In this document: in pieces, positions 31,401-32,000 of the stretch | Numbering within the stretch: position 1 is the stretch's first letter | How the letters are laid out: the number at the start of each line of letters is the position of its first letter | DNA from: Candidatus Parvarchaeum sp. | Lineage (GTDB): Archaea; Nanobdellota; Nanobdellia; Parvarchaeales; Parvarchaeaceae | Direction of reading: 5' to 3' | Length of the DNA: 32,000 nucleotides | Assembly (NCBI GenBank): GCA_049965555.1 | Contig: JBMFWF010000005.1 | Location: 15,794 to 47,793, forward strand | Translations under genes and position numbers: made by a program | Notes under the pieces: model-generated | The model's input: only the letters and a program-made list of their open reading frames with translations | Database searches by the model: none | Told to the model about the DNA's origin: nothing

Positions 31401-31648
31401 TACCAGGTTTTAAGTTGCTTTACACGGATAACATGCCAGTAAATTCCTTGCTTAGCATAGAAAACCAGGTGCTTACAAATGTAAATGTTTATCAGATAAA
31501 CTATACTGCTTTAAGCAAGTACATGCTTACTGGAGAATGTTCAGTTTCCCCTTCTGCTCAGAATTACTGTGATAATTTAAGTTATCTGCCTGCAGTATTT
31601 GCAAACTACAGTAAACTTATAAATAATACGCCCATTAATCAATCATGA
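28466..31648 (+). CDS. aglB: Archaeal oligosaccharyltransferase AglB (STT3 family) with a Lys/Glu-rich N-terminal extension
   Basis: 1060 aa, multi-TM N-terminal half. LDPYIFY first-loop acidic motif, TIAE (TIxE motif, near nt 29800) and WWDYG at nt 30638-30652 (aa 725-729). Confidence 0.9.
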   Translation: MAEDDELKRIEQDASKEERKIEQEIKKEEVQIKKEEMALKKEEEKIKSLKEESEKIEHVKEEVSRKKVSEVEIELNLSGFKTFGNAAYNILIKKKVLFYLILILAVTVGWYVHTASIPALLNPIQPNSSIIGNNYLGMGGSLSGLDPYIFYIQMENILKTGNVPVVNHLEYLPLGLPSRTDELMVSFFGAYSARLIDPIVKGAVPMTSFMFLPAFFAIFSALLLFLIALELFGDYWIASISAFILPAFLTFLSRSTAGFTQKTSLGFMFILLTIFFLSKSLKSKRTRSKMIYGLATGIATGLATAASGYSNYPILLIPIVYIAIVLLGYAKKGDLLAYIMFAIWVPIKVSFVTFTFSDVIHNVLYYPMLFSYVLVLFKLIIYDRYKNKLKIPLINNGFSVAIYSVVISLVLVAITGLDTLKHAFSRIASEFIHPLGVGIINPVSQTIAEYAPLNLTQRAQDFNFLIGSLGINFLLFCAGAVFLLYIVLKRFKHWYIPFLLSVPFILMLNGGTFSYNATSYSFLFIFIALDFIPLGYLFMHKNEAGSKRVLSFVLFLTLLSLIMLIVVWTMNSSANNYKYGAVALVVIFILEFAFDKQEDANLISLLAIIPFFFFVVTVILSNVESRLLEPTELAAAIIIPFAIVYFFRGSIDITNSFFKNSLRNMTVVSAVIIIIAIAFVAADLHSSLLLSYQTAQSSGSGLLLWGPTLQWVSQNTPVNTSIISWWDYGYWEEAIANRTAVADGSNAYGYQSMIAKYFFEATSPYVYSTYLHFIHQPTYAVISGSEVEKFSAISTIALKPTSFTPMSETNVTLNSQNVGNKSYKYLLDFGDVNGQIAPLYSNATIPGLPGNANNDLLVEILIPLNASSTGVITSMGNPYGIIYNELTTQFSSPLPLDYNCVYSVGCKEITNKGIPGGMMLLNATNSVDLHIGGIPQAPGGYEVLPINMSQFGNGPGLLYMPNETLDTLFDKLYLLNESIPGFKLLYTDNMPVNSLLSIENQVLTNVNVYQINYTALSKYMLTGECSVSPSAQNYCDNLSYLPAVFANYSKLINNTPINQS

Positions 31649-32000
31649 AAGTCATAGTTTCAGGGCTAACAGCTTCAGGTAAATCAAGTGTTGCTACAAG
31701 CCTGGCCCTTAATTTTGGTATTGAGTATTTTTCAGCTAGTTCTAAATTAAAGACTCTCCTACCTAAAAAAGATTTTATGGTTTGGGAATCAAAAAAAGGC
31801 ATAGAAGCAGTAAAATTTAGGTTAAAAAATCCTCAGTATGACAAGAGGCTAGATTCGTTCATTCTTTCATTTTTCAGGACAAAAAAGGACATCGTAATAG
31901 ACAGCTGGGTAGCTCCCTGGAAGATAAAGGATAAGGAGACGGTAAAAATATACATAAAGGCGGATGAAAATATTAGGGCAAAGAGAGTAAGCATACGGGA
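31645..32000 (+). CDS. cmk: Archaeal-type cytidylate kinase, N-terminal part (runs off the window)
   Basis: The ATG overlaps the aglB stop (ATGA). MKVIVSGLTASGKSSVATSLALNFGIEYFSAS...IVIDSWVAPW...VKIYIKADENIRAKRVSIR matches the archaeal Cmk layout. Confidence 0.65.
   Translation, partial: MKVIVSGLTASGKSSVATSLALNFGIEYFSASSKLKTLLPKKDFMVWESKKGIEAVKFRLKNPQYDKRLDSFILSFFRTKKDIVIDSWVAPWKIKDKETVKIYIKADENIRAKRVSIR

Noticed and set aside
1-32000. Looked for CRISPR repeats, IS or transposase genes, integrases, prophage or defence-island genes, rRNA, and long non-coding gaps that could hold SRP or RNase P RNA.
   Set aside because: None was seen. Every gap is under about 100 nt and every long ORF has a housekeeping or membrane-protein character. 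Short dispersed repeats cannot be excluded without a computational self-comparison (dot plot or k-mer analysis).

Overview
AT-rich, very gene-dense archaeal chromosomal segment: about 42 protein genes and 3 tRNAs, with no intergenic spacer longer than about 100 nt and many 1-16 nt gene overlaps. G+C looks like roughly one third by eye; I did not compute it. Archaeal hallmark genes are unambiguous: PCNA, TFE-alpha, aEF-1beta with its COG2888 zinc-ribbon partner, L40e, Pth2, AglB, archaeal SepF, MBF1, PAC2/Pba proteasome chaperone, Fap7/AK6, and archaeal-type PheRS alpha and beta. The compaction, the leaderless-style promoters and the divergence of the housekeeping proteins suggest a small-genome archaeon (DPANN-like or Thermoplasmata-like). 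That placement is inference only. Most of the window is ordinary housekeeping: translation, replication, proteostasis and an N-glycosylation mini-locus. I saw no CRISPR array, IS element, integrase or rRNA. The most unusual item is a 726-aa protein (13864-16044, minus strand) made of two fused calcineurin-like metallophosphoesterase domains. Its N-terminal copy has lost every metal-ligand motif. It carries the only strong Shine-Dalgarno leader I noticed among the starts I inspected, and it sits directly upstream of a DHH/DHHA1 phosphoesterase. Other notable points: a frameshift-split ArsB/NhaD-type permease; single central TATA elements shared by divergent leaderless genes in 51-52 nt spacers; convergent genes with zero or negative spacing; an AglB with a roughly 80-aa Lys/Glu-rich N-terminal extension next to a cupin-type PGI and a flippase; a TFE-alpha with a Lys-rich N-terminal tail; a small OB-fold gene overlapping the PCNA start; a Nudix-fold protein with a degenerate Nudix box; and an uncharacterised membrane HExxH protein.
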